A stretch of 64,000 nucleotides of DNA, from NCBI GenBank assembly GCA_937958695.1, contig CALGNK010000017.1:8225-72224 (forward strand), written 5' to 3'. The stretch is from an uncultured bacterium. Lineage in GTDB: Bacteria > DUMJ01. Numbering within the stretch: the first letter of the stretch is position 1; every line of letters begins with the position of its first letter. The notes under the pieces are model-generated. The model searched no databases. It was not told the DNA's origin and saw only the letters and a list, made by a program, of their open reading frames with translations. This document shows, piece by piece, positions 29,100 through 39,552 of the stretch. Position numbers and translations under genes: made by a program.

Positions 29100-30300
29100 T
29101 TTTATTTAGGGATATTGCCTTTTTTATAAGCTCTATACTATCTTTTAGCTTATTTTCACTATTATAGTATATCTCTAAGATAATTTCTCCCGTCTCTACA
29201 AAGTCTCCAATCTTTTTCTTAAGCACTATACCGACATTTGGGTCTATAGTATCTTCTTTTTTATATCTTCCAGCTCCTAAGACTCTAACTGCTTCTCCTA
29301 TAAGATAAGCATCAAGACGTTCTATGTATCCCGATTCTTGTATAGAAAATTTATATACACTAGCTAGGGGGGTTAATTCAGTAATATTACCACCCTGTGC
29401 GTCTACCATCTCTGTGAATTTTTTAAAGGCATCGCCATTTTTTAAAGATTCTCCTGCTAAATCCTTTGAGGTTAGAGTTCCTACTACCTCTATAGCTAAT
29501 TCCTCAAGGTCTCTAGGACCTTTTCCTTTCAGAGTCTCTATAGCCTCAATAACCTCTAAGAGATTACCAACTGCAAAACCAAGGGGTTGCTCCATATCTG
29601 ATATAACAGCTTTTACCTCTTTTCCAAAGGAGTTTCCTATTTCTATTAGCCAAGAAGTAAGCTCTTTAGCGTCTTTAATATCCTTCATAAAGGCACCAGA
29701 ACCAACCTTAACATCAAAAATTATTGTTTTTGCCCCGCCTGCTATCTTCTTACTGAGAATACTGCTAGCTATAAGAGGTATACTATCCACCGTTCCTGTA
29801 ACATCTCTTAAAGAATATATATCCTTCTCAACTGGAACAAGCTCTTCTGTCTGACTTATTATACTGCAACCTATCCTTTCTACTATTTTTTTAAATTTTT
29901 TTAGGCTAATGTTAGTCTTAAATCCAGGGATAGCCTCTAATTTGTCTATTGTTCCGCCTGTATGCCCAAGGCCTCTACCGGAAAGTTTAGCCACTTTAAA
30001 ACCAAGAGAAGCTAAAAGAGGAACTACTATTAGACTAAGCTTATCTCCTACCCCACCTGTTGAATGCTTATCTATAACTTGAAAATCCCATTCTAATATC
30101 TTTCCTGTTCTTAATATAGCAGAAATGAAGTGCTTTACTTCTTCTTTTGATAGACCTCTTATAAATGATGCCATAAGCCATGCGCTCATCTGATAATCTC
30201 TTATTTCCTTTTTATAGAATCTGTCTATAAAGAACTCTATTTCCTCTTTTGATAGGACATTTCCATCCCTTTTTTTGATAATAATATCTATTGGATTCAT
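29056..30300 (-). CDS. pdp: Pyrimidine-nucleoside phosphorylase
   Basis: KKRDG, DKHSTGGVGDK, SGRGLGHTGGT.DKLE, DVKVGSGAFM; start ATG 30300. Confidence 0.93.
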   Translation of the reverse strand: MNPIDIIIKKRDGNVLSKEEIEFFIDRFYKKEIRDYQMSAWLMASFIRGLSKEEVKHFISAILRTGKILEWDFQVIDKHSTGGVGDKLSLIVVPLLASLGFKVAKLSGRGLGHTGGTIDKLEAIPGFKTNISLKKFKKIVERIGCSIISQTEELVPVEKDIYSLRDVTGTVDSIPLIASSILSKKIAGGAKTIIFDVKVGSGAFMKDIKDAKELTSWLIEIGNSFGKEVKAVISDMEQPLGFAVGNLLEVIEAIETLKGKGPRDLEELAIEVVGTLTSKDLAGESLKNGDAFKKFTEMVDAQGGNITELTPLASVYKFSIQESGYIERLDAYLIGEAVRVLGAGRYKKEDTIDPNVGIVLKKKIGDFVETGEIILEIYYNSENKLKDSIELIKKAISLNKNEVKRRPLIYSVYS

Positions 30301-30302
30301 CT

Positions 30303-31088
30303 CTATATACCTCTTTTTATCCATTCTCTTAATAAAATCTCTAAGTTTCTACTTATTCTCTTTCCCATCTCTAAGACTTCTTCGTGTGTTACAGAAGAGA
30401 ATTCATCTTTATGAACATTAGTTATACTAGATATTCCAACAACTTCTATCCCTAAGCTTCTAGCTTTTATAACCTCTAATACTGTAGACATTCCAACCGC
30501 ATCCCCACCGATAGTTCTAAAGAATCTTATCTCTGCTGGTGTCTCATAGGTTGGTCCCTTTACTCCGACATAAATTCCTTCTTTTAGCTCTATACCAATA
30601 TTCTTTCCAATCTCCTTAAATTGTTGCCTTAATCTATAGGAATAGGCGTTCTTCATATCTACAAAGTTTGGTCCTCCAATAAGAGGATTCTCCCCTGTAA
30701 GATTTATGTGGTCCTTTATAAGCATTATATCTCCTGGAACATAAGTTTCATTTATTCCTCCGCTGGCATTTGTTATAACTAATATATCTACCCCTAGCCC
30801 TTTAAGAACCTCTATGGGAAAGACAACATCCTTTGATGAGTATCCTTCATAGAGATGGTATCTTCCCCGCATAATGATAACACTATTACTTTCAACTTTA
30901 ACTACATCAAGCCTCCCTTTATGCCCAGGAACTGTCGATAGAGGCATATTAGGTATTTCTTTATAGTCTATGGAAAACAGGATAAAATCATTAAAAATAT
31001 CAAGTCCAGAACCCAGTATCATACCTATCTTTTGCTCAAAATTATATTTATTGATGAGAAACCCAATAGTTTCATCTATCTTATTCAT
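30303..31088 (-). CDS. punA: Purine-nucleoside phosphorylase (trimeric type)
   Basis: ILGSG, STVPGH.G, GRYH.YEG, TNASGG, GPTYETPAE, VGMST. Confidence 0.9.
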   Translation of the reverse strand: MNKIDETIGFLINKYNFEQKIGMILGSGLDIFNDFILFSIDYKEIPNMPLSTVPGHKGRLDVVKVESNSVIIMRGRYHLYEGYSSKDVVFPIEVLKGLGVDILVITNASGGINETYVPGDIMLIKDHINLTGENPLIGGPNFVDMKNAYSYRLRQQFKEIGKNIGIELKEGIYVGVKGPTYETPAEIRFFRTIGGDAVGMSTVLEVIKARSLGIEVVGISSITNVHKDEFSSVTHEEVLEMGKRISRNLEILLREWIKRGI

Positions 31089-31195
31089 ATCGTCCTCCTT
31101 CTCTAATTATAACAAGTAAACAAAGTGTTTATATTTAATTACACCTTTGGGAATTGATTAGCCTTGTATAATCCTATATTGGAATGCCCTAAAAT

Positions 31196-31270
31196 TTTTT
31201 AAGTGGAAGAATTTTTTAAAGTTTTCCACAAGCTTTTTAAGTGGAAGAAAATAGTAAAGTTATCCACAGG
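31196..31270. repeat. Two 38-bp-period tandem units, each holding a back-to-back DnaA-box-like pair
   Basis: AGTGGAAGA 31202-10 / TTTTCCACA 31222-30; AGTGGAAGA 31240-48 / TTATCCACA 31260-68. Confidence 0.7.
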
Positions 31271-31343
31271 ATAAGCATTAATTCATTTTTAATACTTACT
31301 TTATAATAAACCACTTATATTATGAGATAAAATTAAGAAGGTA

Positions 31344-31352
31344 TGGTATAAT
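31344..31352 (+). promoter_or_regulatory. Extended -10 promoter of tdk operon (probably leaderless)
   Basis: TGgTATAAT ending 6 nt before ATG 31359. Confidence 0.55.
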
Positions 31353-31358
31353 AAATCT

Positions 31359-31928
31359 ATGAGTACAGGATGGATAGAAGTAATATGCGGAAGTATGTTT
31401 AGCGGAAAGAGTGAGGAGTTAATAAGAAGGGTCAGGAGGGCTGAGATAGCTCGCCAAAAAGTGCAAGTATTTAAGCCGGCCTTAGATACAAGATATACAG
31501 ACAAGGCTGTAGTTTCCCATGATGGCAATAGAGTTTCTGCCTATAGTGTAAAAGAATCACGTGAAATACTTGAACTCTTGCTACCAGATGTCCAGGTAGT
31601 AGCTATAGATGAAGCTCAATTTTTCGATGATAAGATAGTTGATATATGTCAGATGTTAGCGGATAACGGTAAGAGAGTGATTGTAGCTGGTCTAGACCAA
31701 GACTTTAGAGGAGAGCCTTTTGGTCCTATGCCTAAACTATTGGCTGTTGCAGAAAAGGTAGACAAACTCCAAGCTATATGTATGGTTTGTGGCAAGCCTG
31801 CCAGTAGAACCCAAAGATTGATAAATGGAGAGCCAGCATATTATGATGATCCGACTATACTTATAGGGGCAGAAGACGTATATGAGGCTAGATGTAGAGA
31901 GCATCATATAGTAAGAAGGAGGGAGTAA
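31359..31928 (+). CDS. tdk: Thymidine kinase
   Basis: [35 protein letters not shown]. Confidence 0.96.
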   Translation: MSTGWIEVICGSMFSGKSEELIRRVRRAEIARQKVQVFKPALDTRYTDKAVVSHDGNRVSAYSVKESREILELLLPDVQVVAIDEAQFFDDKIVDICQMLADNGKRVIVAGLDQDFRGEPFGPMPKLLAVAEKVDKLQAICMVCGKPASRTQRLINGEPAYYDDPTILIGAEDVYEARCREHHIVRRRE

Positions 31929-31929
31929 G

Positions 31930-32796
31930 ATGCAGATAGGTGGGCAAGCAGTAATAGAAGGTGTCATGATGAGAGGCCCTAATAGTTTTAGTGTAGCTTT
32001 AAGAACCCAATCTAATGGGTTAAAGGTTCATAAATTTACCAGTAGAAGTATAACAAATAGTAAGATTGGTAAGATTCCAATCTTAAGAGGATTTATGGCT
32101 TTAATAGATAGCCTTGTATTAGGTATAAAAGCTCTTAATATCTCGGCTGAGGAGTACGGTGGTGAAGAGGTGAAACTTTCTAATAGGGATATCTTCTTTG
32201 CTATGGCTATGGGAATAGGATTGGGCATCTTACTATTTATTGTTTTCCCAGCTTCTATAGCCAGGATACTGCAGAATAGTATACAATCTGCATTTCTAGT
32301 TAATATATTAGAGGGCTTAGTAAGGATTGGAGTATTTCTTATATATCTATACTCCTTTTCTTTTATAAAGGATATTAGAAGAGTCTTTGAGTATCATGGT
32401 GCTGAGCACAAGGTAATATTTACATACGAGAAGGGAGAACCTCTCACTATAGATAATGCCATAAAAAATAGCAGACTACATCCCAGATGCGGAACTAATT
32501 TCTTATTAATAGTTATGGTTGTCAGTATCTTAGTTTTTTCTATATTGGGGAAACAGACATTATTATTAAGAATAGTATCTAGGATAGCGCTAGTCCCTTT
32601 AGTGGCTGGGATATCATATGAGCTTATAAGACTAACATCAAAGTATAGAGACTCAAAACTGGCGAAATTTATAACCTCTCCTGGATTAGCACTACAGTAT
32701 CTTACTACTAGAGAACCAACCCCTGATCAGATTGAGGTAGCTATAGAAGCAGTGAAATCTGTATTGTCATTAGAGGGTGTTTCAGATGTGGGATAA
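31930..32796 (+). CDS. DUF1385 membrane protein (YqhQ-like)
   Basis: [34 protein letters not shown]. Confidence 0.88.
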   Translation: MQIGGQAVIEGVMMRGPNSFSVALRTQSNGLKVHKFTSRSITNSKIGKIPILRGFMALIDSLVLGIKALNISAEEYGGEEVKLSNRDIFFAMAMGIGLGILLFIVFPASIARILQNSIQSAFLVNILEGLVRIGVFLIYLYSFSFIKDIRRVFEYHGAEHKVIFTYEKGEPLTIDNAIKNSRLHPRCGTNFLLIVMVVSILVFSILGKQTLLLRIVSRIALVPLVAGISYELIRLTSKYRDSKLAKFITSPGLALQYLTTREPTPDQIEVAIEAVKSVLSLEGVSDVG

Positions 32797-33853
32797 ATTA
32801 GAAGAGATAGAAAAAAGATATATAGAGTTAGAGGTATCTTTAGCTAAGCCAGAGATTATATCAAATCAAGAGTTATTTCAAGAACTAGCTAAGACATATA
32901 GCGAACTTGGAGAGATTGTCAGCGTCTATAGAGAATACAAACAGATAGAAAAAGAGATAAGTGACCTAAAGTCCCTCTTAGACGATCCTGAACTTGGATC
33001 TATGGCAGAAGAGGAGTTAGAGAAGTTGGAGGAAAAGAGAGAAAAATTAGAAGAGGAGCTTAAGATTAAGCTTTTACCGAAAGATTATAGAGATGAGAGA
33101 AACGTCATTATGGAGATAAGGGCAGGAACAGGTGGAGAGGAAGCAGCACTTTTTGCTGGAGACCTTCTAAGAATGTACTTAAGATATGTAGAACGTAAGG
33201 GCTGGAAGGCAGAGATAATGAGCAGTAATCCTACTGACTTAGGTGGGTATAAAGAGGTTATAGTTTCTATCCAGGGGAAAGGTGCTTATAGTAGGTTAAA
33301 GTTTGAAAGTGGGGTCCATAGAGTTCAAAGAGTCCCTATAACAGAATCTGGAGGAAGAATACATACATCTACCGCTACTGTAGCTATACTACCTGAGGCA
33401 ACTGAGATAGAAATAGAAATAAATCCTGATGATTTAAAGATAGATACATTCAGAGCTGGTGGACATGGGGGACAAAACGTCAATAAAGTAGAAACTGCTG
33501 TGAGAATTACCCATATTCCAACAGGTATAGTAGTTACCTGTCAGGATGAAAGGTCTCAGTATCAAAACAGAGAGAAGGCGCTGAAGATATTAAGAGCTCA
33601 TCTTCTAGAGATTAAGGAAAGAGAAAGAGAGAAAGAAGAGATTGAGCTTAGAAGGAGTCAGGTTGGTTCTGGAGAAAGAAGTGAAAAGATAAGGACTTAT
33701 AATTTCCCTCAGAATAGAGTTACAGACCATAGGATAGGACTAACACTTTATAACCTACAAGATGTATTAGATGGAGACTTAGATGAGATTATAGATGCTC
33801 TTATAAGGGAGTATCAGGTAGAACAGTTAAAGAATCTTTCACTTACTAGATGA
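32786..33853 (+). CDS. prfA: Peptide chain release factor 1
   Basis: [16 protein letters not shown] (PxT), GGQ, RTYNFPQ; start ATG 32786. Confidence 0.97.
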   Translation: MWDKLEEIEKRYIELEVSLAKPEIISNQELFQELAKTYSELGEIVSVYREYKQIEKEISDLKSLLDDPELGSMAEEELEKLEEKREKLEEELKIKLLPKDYRDERNVIMEIRAGTGGEEAALFAGDLLRMYLRYVERKGWKAEIMSSNPTDLGGYKEVIVSIQGKGAYSRLKFESGVHRVQRVPITESGGRIHTSTATVAILPEATEIEIEINPDDLKIDTFRAGGHGGQNVNKVETAVRITHIPTGIVVTCQDERSQYQNREKALKILRAHLLEIKEREREKEEIELRRSQVGSGERSEKIRTYNFPQNRVTDHRIGLTLYNLQDVLDGDLDEIIDALIREYQVEQLKNLSLTR

Positions 33854-34680
33854 CATTAGGTGATGTTTATAAAGAGGTTCTTAGACTATTCAAAGATAAG
33901 CTTCCCAATAGTCATCTTGAAGCTATTCTTATTATCTCCTTAGGTTTAGAGAGACCTAAAGAGTATATCTTAGCACACCAGGAGATAGAACTATCTAAAG
34001 ATGAATTAGAAAGGATAAGAGAGCTAGCCAATAAAAGACTTGCCGGTATTCCATATGCATACCTTAAGAAAGAAAAAGAATTCTTTGGTATTAATTTTTT
34101 CATAGAGGAAGGAGTCTTAATTCCCAGACCAGAAACAGAAACTATAGTAGAAATAGTCCTGAGTGAAGGTATCTTTGTGAGTGGGCTGGATCTATTCTGC
34201 GGTAGCGGTATTATAGGATTAACTATCTTATACAAAGGATTTTGCCAGAGATTTCTAGGGATAGATATATCAAATAAAAGTATAGAAGTATCAACTATAA
34301 ATGCAGAAAGATTAGGGGTCTCAGAAAAATGTAGTTTTTTAAAAGTAGATATTAGAGGTCTTTCACTTGAAGAGAACTTCGACCTTATAGTTGCAAACCC
34401 TCCTTACCTACCTACATCTATGTGGAATTCTCTAGCACAAGAGGTAAGACAAGAGCCAAAGGAAGCACTACTCGGTGGAGATGATGGATTAGAATTTTAT
34501 CCAGATATAGCTAGAATCATTTCTAAAAATCTTCTAAAAGGTGGACTATTTGCTGTGGAAATAGGGGGAGAGGAACATATAGATAAAGTAAAGGAAATCT
34601 TTTTAAGCTATAATATAAAAGATATAAGGGTAAAGGAAGACCTAGCGGGTTTACCTAGAGTAATATGGGGGAGAAAGTAA
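33850..34680 (+). CDS. prmC: Release factor glutamine methyltransferase
   Basis: [20 protein letters not shown]; adjacent to prfA. Confidence 0.93.
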   Translation: MTLGDVYKEVLRLFKDKLPNSHLEAILIISLGLERPKEYILAHQEIELSKDELERIRELANKRLAGIPYAYLKKEKEFFGINFFIEEGVLIPRPETETIVEIVLSEGIFVSGLDLFCGSGIIGLTILYKGFCQRFLGIDISNKSIEVSTINAERLGVSEKCSFLKVDIRGLSLEENFDLIVANPPYLPTSMWNSLAQEVRQEPKEALLGGDDGLEFYPDIARIISKNLLKGGLFAVEIGGEEHIDKVKEIFLSYNIKDIRVKEDLAGLPRVIWGRK

Positions 34681-34684
34681 TATT

Positions 34685-35323
34685 ATGGTAATAATAAAAA
34701 ATGAAGATAAGATAGGACTCCTTGCCGAATTCCTAAGAGAGGGAAAGCTCGTAGTATTTCCAACTGAAACTGTATATGGGCTTGGAACTAATGCATTTAT
34801 GAAAGAGAGCGTATATAGAATTTATGAGGTAAAGGGGAGAAAAGAGGAAAAACCGTTAAGCCTACATATAGGAACCCTTGAAAGTCTAGAAGACATAGTT
34901 GAGATCGATCCTCTTACTAAAAGGCTGATACTTCAATTTTTCCCAGGACCAATAAATATAATAGCTAAAAAGAAAACTAATATCCCAGAATGGATAGGAA
35001 AGGATGATACATTAGGTATAAGATTCCCTTCCCTACCTATATGTCAAAAACTTCTAAGACTAGCTAAGGTTCCGATAGTTGCTACTAGTGCAAACTTGTC
35101 AGGAAGTAAAGAGCCTAAAACAGCAGAAGATGTAATAGAGATGTTGGGAGATAAGGTTGATGCAATACTAGATTGGGGTACAGTTACTCTTGGTAGGCCT
35201 TCTACAGTAGTGAATATTTCAGGTGGTAATATAGAGATTATAAGAGAAGGACCTGTAGATAGAAAACTTTTAGAGGGTATAATAAACGAGTTAAATCTTA
35301 AAAGAAATATGGAGGGATTATGA
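34685..35323 (+). CDS. tsaC: L-threonylcarbamoyladenylate synthase (YrdC domain only)
   Basis: FPTETVYGLG, KGR, TSANLSG, PSTVV, REG. Confidence 0.9.
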   Translation: MVIIKNEDKIGLLAEFLREGKLVVFPTETVYGLGTNAFMKESVYRIYEVKGRKEEKPLSLHIGTLESLEDIVEIDPLTKRLILQFFPGPINIIAKKKTNIPEWIGKDDTLGIRFPSLPICQKLLRLAKVPIVATSANLSGSKEPKTAEDVIEMLGDKVDAILDWGTVTLGRPSTVVNISGGNIEIIREGPVDRKLLEGIINELNLKRNMEGL

Positions 35324-35769
35324 AGGTAGCTATAGGTAGTGACCATGCAGGCTTTAGATTAAAGGAAGAACTGAAAAGTTACCTAATTTCTTTAAACATA
35401 GAGGTAGAAGATTTTGGATGTTATTCAGAAGAATCTGTAGATTATCCGGATATAGCAAAAGAGGTTGCTCTAAGTGTGGTAAAGGGAGAAACAGATAGAG
35501 GTATTCTTATATGTGGTACTGGCATAGGTATGAGTATATCCGCTAATAAGATTAAAGGGATAAGGGCAGCTGTTGGTAACGAGCTACTTTCTGTAAGGCT
35601 CTCTAGAGAGCATAATAATGCCAATATTCTTACTCTAGGGGCAAGGATTATTGGTATTGAGGTCGCTAAGGAGGCAGTAAAAATCTTCTTAGAAACTCCA
35701 TTTTTAGGAGGAAGGCATCAAAGAAGAGTGGAAAAAATAAGAGAGATGGAGGGATTAAAATGTATCTAG
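35320..35769 (+). CDS. rpiB: Ribose 5-phosphate isomerase B
   Basis: GSDHAG, DYPD, CGTGIG, HNNAN, GGRH.RR. Confidence 0.94.
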   Translation: MKVAIGSDHAGFRLKEELKSYLISLNIEVEDFGCYSEESVDYPDIAKEVALSVVKGETDRGILICGTGIGMSISANKIKGIRAAVGNELLSVRLSREHNNANILTLGARIIGIEVAKEAVKIFLETPFLGGRHQRRVEKIREMEGLKCI

Positions 35770-37001
35770 AAGTAGTAGACCCTGAGATATTCAACGCTAT
35801 AAAGGGAGAGAGGATAAGAGAGGAGACAACTTTAGAGTTAATCGCCAGCGAAAACTTTACTAGTCTTGCTGTATTAGAGGCGCAAGGTTCTCTACTTACA
35901 AATAAGTATGCTGAAGGTTATCCTAAAAGGAGATACTATGGAGGGTGTCAATGGGTTGATATAGTAGAGCAACTGGCAATAGACAGGGCTAAGGCTCTTT
36001 TCAAGGCTGATCATGCTAACGTTCAGCCACACTCAGGTTCACAAGCGAATATGGCTGTATACTTTGCAACTTTAAATCCTGGCGATACAGTCTTAGGTAT
36101 GAATTTATCCCATGGTGGACATCTAACCCATGGCAGTCCGGTTAATATATCTGGGAAGTATTTTAAATTTGTTTCTTATGGGGTAAATCCTGAAACAGAA
36201 ACGATAGACTATGAGCAAGTTAGAGATATCGCAAAAGAAACCAAACCAAGGCTTATAGTAGCAGGAGCAAGTGCTTATCCTAGGATCATAGATTTTGAAA
36301 AGTTTTCACAGATAGCCAAAGAAGTAGGTGCTTTATTAATGGTTGATATGGCGCACATAGCTGGTTTAGTAGCTGCCGAGATACATCCAAGTCCTGTTCC
36401 TTGGGCAGAATTTGTAACTACCACTACCCATAAAACCTTAAGAGGTCCAAGAAGTGGTCTTATACTTTGCAAGGCTGACTATGCCAAGGACATAGATAGA
36501 GCGATATTCCCTGGAACACAGGGAGGTCCACTTATGCATATTATAGCTGCAAAAGCAGTAGCACTGAAAGAGACGATGACTCCTGAATTCAAGGAGTACC
36601 AAAATCAGATAGTAAAAAACGCTAAAACCCTAGCAGAAACTCTATTAGAAAATGGATTTAGATTGGTCTCCGGAGGAACAGACAATCACCTTATGCTGGT
36701 AGATGTAAGACCATTTGGCTTGACTGGAAAAGAAGCTGAGAAACTTTTAGAAGAGATAGGAATTACTGTAAATAAAAATGCCATACCTTTTGACCCTCAA
36801 CCACCTACAATTACTAGTGGTATTAGGATTGGAACACCTGCAGTGACAACTAGAGGGATGAAAGAGGTAGAGATGAAAGAAATTGGGAATATAATAGCTA
36901 AGTGTCTAAAGAAAGAAGAAGATAAAGAGGTCTTAAAGAATAGAGTCAAAGCTTTATGTGAGGCTTATCCTTTATTCTATAAAGATATAGGAATAGTCTA
37001 A
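35760..37001 (+). CDS. glyA: Serine hydroxymethyltransferase
   Basis: [31 protein letters not shown]. Confidence 0.97.
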   Translation: MYLEVVDPEIFNAIKGERIREETTLELIASENFTSLAVLEAQGSLLTNKYAEGYPKRRYYGGCQWVDIVEQLAIDRAKALFKADHANVQPHSGSQANMAVYFATLNPGDTVLGMNLSHGGHLTHGSPVNISGKYFKFVSYGVNPETETIDYEQVRDIAKETKPRLIVAGASAYPRIIDFEKFSQIAKEVGALLMVDMAHIAGLVAAEIHPSPVPWAEFVTTTTHKTLRGPRSGLILCKADYAKDIDRAIFPGTQGGPLMHIIAAKAVALKETMTPEFKEYQNQIVKNAKTLAETLLENGFRLVSGGTDNHLMLVDVRPFGLTGKEAEKLLEEIGITVNKNAIPFDPQPPTITSGIRIGTPAVTTRGMKEVEMKEIGNIIAKCLKKEEDKEVLKNRVKALCEAYPLFYKDIGIV

Positions 37002-37008
37002 TAGGGTA

Positions 37009-38904
37009 ATGAGAATTCCCAAGGTAGGAATATTAACAGTTCTTTTAATATTATTTTTATCATCTAGTCTTTACGCTCAGATCATTTTTGACCAAGTTCT
37101 TATAGCTCCAGGGATAAATTACTCATTAACTATGATAGATATCCCTCCTTTAACTATTCATACCGTAGAATTAGACTTATCAAGCCCGTTTATACAGGTA
37201 GAAACTATCCTAGCTAGTGACTCTCTTATGCGGAGGGAGACATTAACCTCTATGGCTAGAAGAAGTGGAGCTACTGTAGCAATAAATGGAGATTTCTTCG
37301 ACCCAACCACAGGGATGATAGTAAATCTTATGGTAAGCAATGGAGAACTCGTCAAACTACCAATATCAAGAGGCATATTCGCTATAACAAAGGATAGAAA
37401 GCCTATTATATCTATGCTTAGTGTTAACATTAATATAGAAACACAGTATGGAATAATACCCATAAACAATCTCAATACACCAAGAGGGGCAAACGAACCA
37501 GTATTATTTACATCCAGATTCGGTAGTAATACCTTAATATCTGCCAATGCCTTGGCAGGGGTAGATATAGAACTATTAGACTTTTCTCAAGCCCTACCTT
37601 GCCCAGGGATAATCACCGCTAAGATAGGAAACATATATTATGGGGTTAGCAGTTCTCCGATTCCTAAATCTGGTGGAATTTTGTCTCTAGGAGGAAGAGC
37701 ACTCTCTTATCTACCCTATTTAAAACCGGGAGAAGAATTAAGGATAATAACAAGAGTAATCCCACCTATTGATATATCCCAAGCCATAGGTGGGGGAGCT
37801 ATATTATTAAAAGATGGAAGTATAGTCTTTAATACTACAGGAGAATTACCTCTACCCAAAGAGGTAACAGACAAAAAGAATCCACTTACAGCAATAGGCA
37901 TAGATAGTAGCGGTAAAGTCTATCTTATATTAGTCGACGGTAGAAATCCAAAAAGCGAAGGTATGAATTATTTGGAGCTAGCTAACTATCTAAAGAGTAT
38001 TGGTATTAAAGATGCGTTGACATTAGATGGAGGGGGCTCTAGCCAATTAGTAATAGGGGAGAAGGTAATAAATAATCCGTCAGATGGACGTGAAAGACCA
38101 CTACCTAATGCTATCATTGTAAAAACCGTAAGACCCCAAGGAGAGCCTAAAATACTTTCTCTACATCCAAGAAGATTAACTGTAAAAGAAGGAGAAACTT
38201 ACAACTTTTCTTTACTCTTACAAGACATTTATGGAAACATATTCCCCATCAGCCAAGAAAAAATTGTATGGAAATTAGAAGGGTTAGCCGGTTATATCTC
38301 AAAAGATGGAATCTTCTATGCCCAAACTAGTGGCAGCGGAAAGATAATAGCTGTTTTTAATGGACTAACAGCAGAGTCTGAAATTACTGTTGTCCCATTA
38401 CAAAAGATCTCTAAAGTGTTAGAAGATTTTGAAAATAATATTTTACTTTCCATCTCTGGAAGCGGGTTTGATTTAAACCTAACAAAAGTTTCTATCTCAG
38501 ACTCTAAATTTATAAGTGGGAAAAAATCGCTAAAATTGGATTATTCTCTAATCAGGAATGGTCCTAGTTTTATATACATAAATCTTAATATCCCAATACC
38601 TAAGGATAGCAGGAAAATTGGACTTTATGTATATGGTGATAATAGTGGACATTGGTTGAGAGGTCTTTTCAGAGATAATAATGGAAGATTATGGGTTGGA
38701 AACTTTACCTCTGCCTCTAGAGGAATAGATTGGGAAGGATGGAGATATTTAGAATTAGAACTTTCTAATTTAGAAGTATTTGTTGGAGATAGAAGTGTCA
38801 AGCCAGAATACCCTTTGGAATTGCTTCAGGTATATCTAGTACAATTAAAAGACGAAAAAAAGAATCAGGGAGTGATATATATAGACTTGATACAGAGTTT
38901 GTGA
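37009..38904 (+). CDS. Secreted phosphodiester glycosidase (NAGPA) family protein with Ig-like and carbohydrate-binding-like C-terminal domains
   Basis: Signal peptide, AINGDFF, VDGR, LDGGGS, NPSDGRER; C-terminal GLYVYGD.SGHWLR...IDWEGWRY. Confidence 0.75.
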   Translation: MRIPKVGILTVLLILFLSSSLYAQIIFDQVLIAPGINYSLTMIDIPPLTIHTVELDLSSPFIQVETILASDSLMRRETLTSMARRSGATVAINGDFFDPTTGMIVNLMVSNGELVKLPISRGIFAITKDRKPIISMLSVNINIETQYGIIPINNLNTPRGANEPVLFTSRFGSNTLISANALAGVDIELLDFSQALPCPGIITAKIGNIYYGVSSSPIPKSGGILSLGGRALSYLPYLKPGEELRIITRVIPPIDISQAIGGGAILLKDGSIVFNTTGELPLPKEVTDKKNPLTAIGIDSSGKVYLILVDGRNPKSEGMNYLELANYLKSIGIKDALTLDGGGSSQLVIGEKVINNPSDGRERPLPNAIIVKTVRPQGEPKILSLHPRRLTVKEGETYNFSLLLQDIYGNIFPISQEKIVWKLEGLAGYISKDGIFYAQTSGSGKIIAVFNGLTAESEITVVPLQKISKVLEDFENNILLSISGSGFDLNLTKVSISDSKFISGKKSLKLDYSLIRNGPSFIYINLNIPIPKDSRKIGLYVYGDNSGHWLRGLFRDNNGRLWVGNFTSASRGIDWEGWRYLELELSNLEVFVGDRSVKPEYPLELLQVYLVQLKDEKKNQGVIYIDLIQSL

Positions 38905-38942
38905 TATATTATTTAGAAACTCTTTAGAGAGGGGGTGAGGAG

Positions 38943-39527
38943 ATGAGAAAAAGTAAGGTACAATATTATAATACACTATACCAAGTAACTAGAACTATTA
39001 CCTCTACACTAGATCTTAATGAGGTCCTAAGATTAATAGCAGAAAATACCGCTAAGACTATGGATATGAAGGCTTGTTCTATAAGACTTATAGATGAGGA
39101 TAAGAAGACGTTAAGGATAGTATCAGCTTATGGATTAAGTGAAGATTATATAAAGAAAGGCCCAGTAGAGATAGACAAGAGTCCTCTCGATGCAGAAGTT
39201 ATTAAGGGGAATATTGTTAAGATTAAAGATGCTACAAGTGATCCAAGATTCCAATATCCAGAAGAGGCAAAAAAAGAAGGTATAAAATCTGTTCTCTGTG
39301 TTCCACTACAACTTAAGGATAGGATAATAGGAGTTATGAGGGTATACACGGAAAAACCTCATAATTTTACTAAGGGCGAGATAGAATTTCTTAACGCTCT
39401 AGCGAGTTCTGCTGCTATAGCTATAGAAAATGCAAGACTTTATGATCTCCTACGTAGAGATTATAGCAAGCTCTATAATGACTTTATGCAGTGGTATGAT
39501 TCTTGGAGTATAACAGTAAAGAGATAG
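38943..39527 (+). CDS. Stand-alone GAF domain protein
   Basis: AYGLSEDY, DPRFQY, SVLCVPL, IGVMRVY, AIAIENARLY. Confidence 0.85.
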   Translation: MRKSKVQYYNTLYQVTRTITSTLDLNEVLRLIAENTAKTMDMKACSIRLIDEDKKTLRIVSAYGLSEDYIKKGPVEIDKSPLDAEVIKGNIVKIKDATSDPRFQYPEEAKKEGIKSVLCVPLQLKDRIIGVMRVYTEKPHNFTKGEIEFLNALASSAAIAIENARLYDLLRRDYSKLYNDFMQWYDSWSITVKR

Positions 39528-39552
39528 TAAATTAAAAACTATGGAGGCTTTT

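Noticed and set aside
31196-31270. Possible mini-CRISPR from the 38-bp repeat
   Set aside because: Only two adjacent degenerate copies, no spacers, no cas genes
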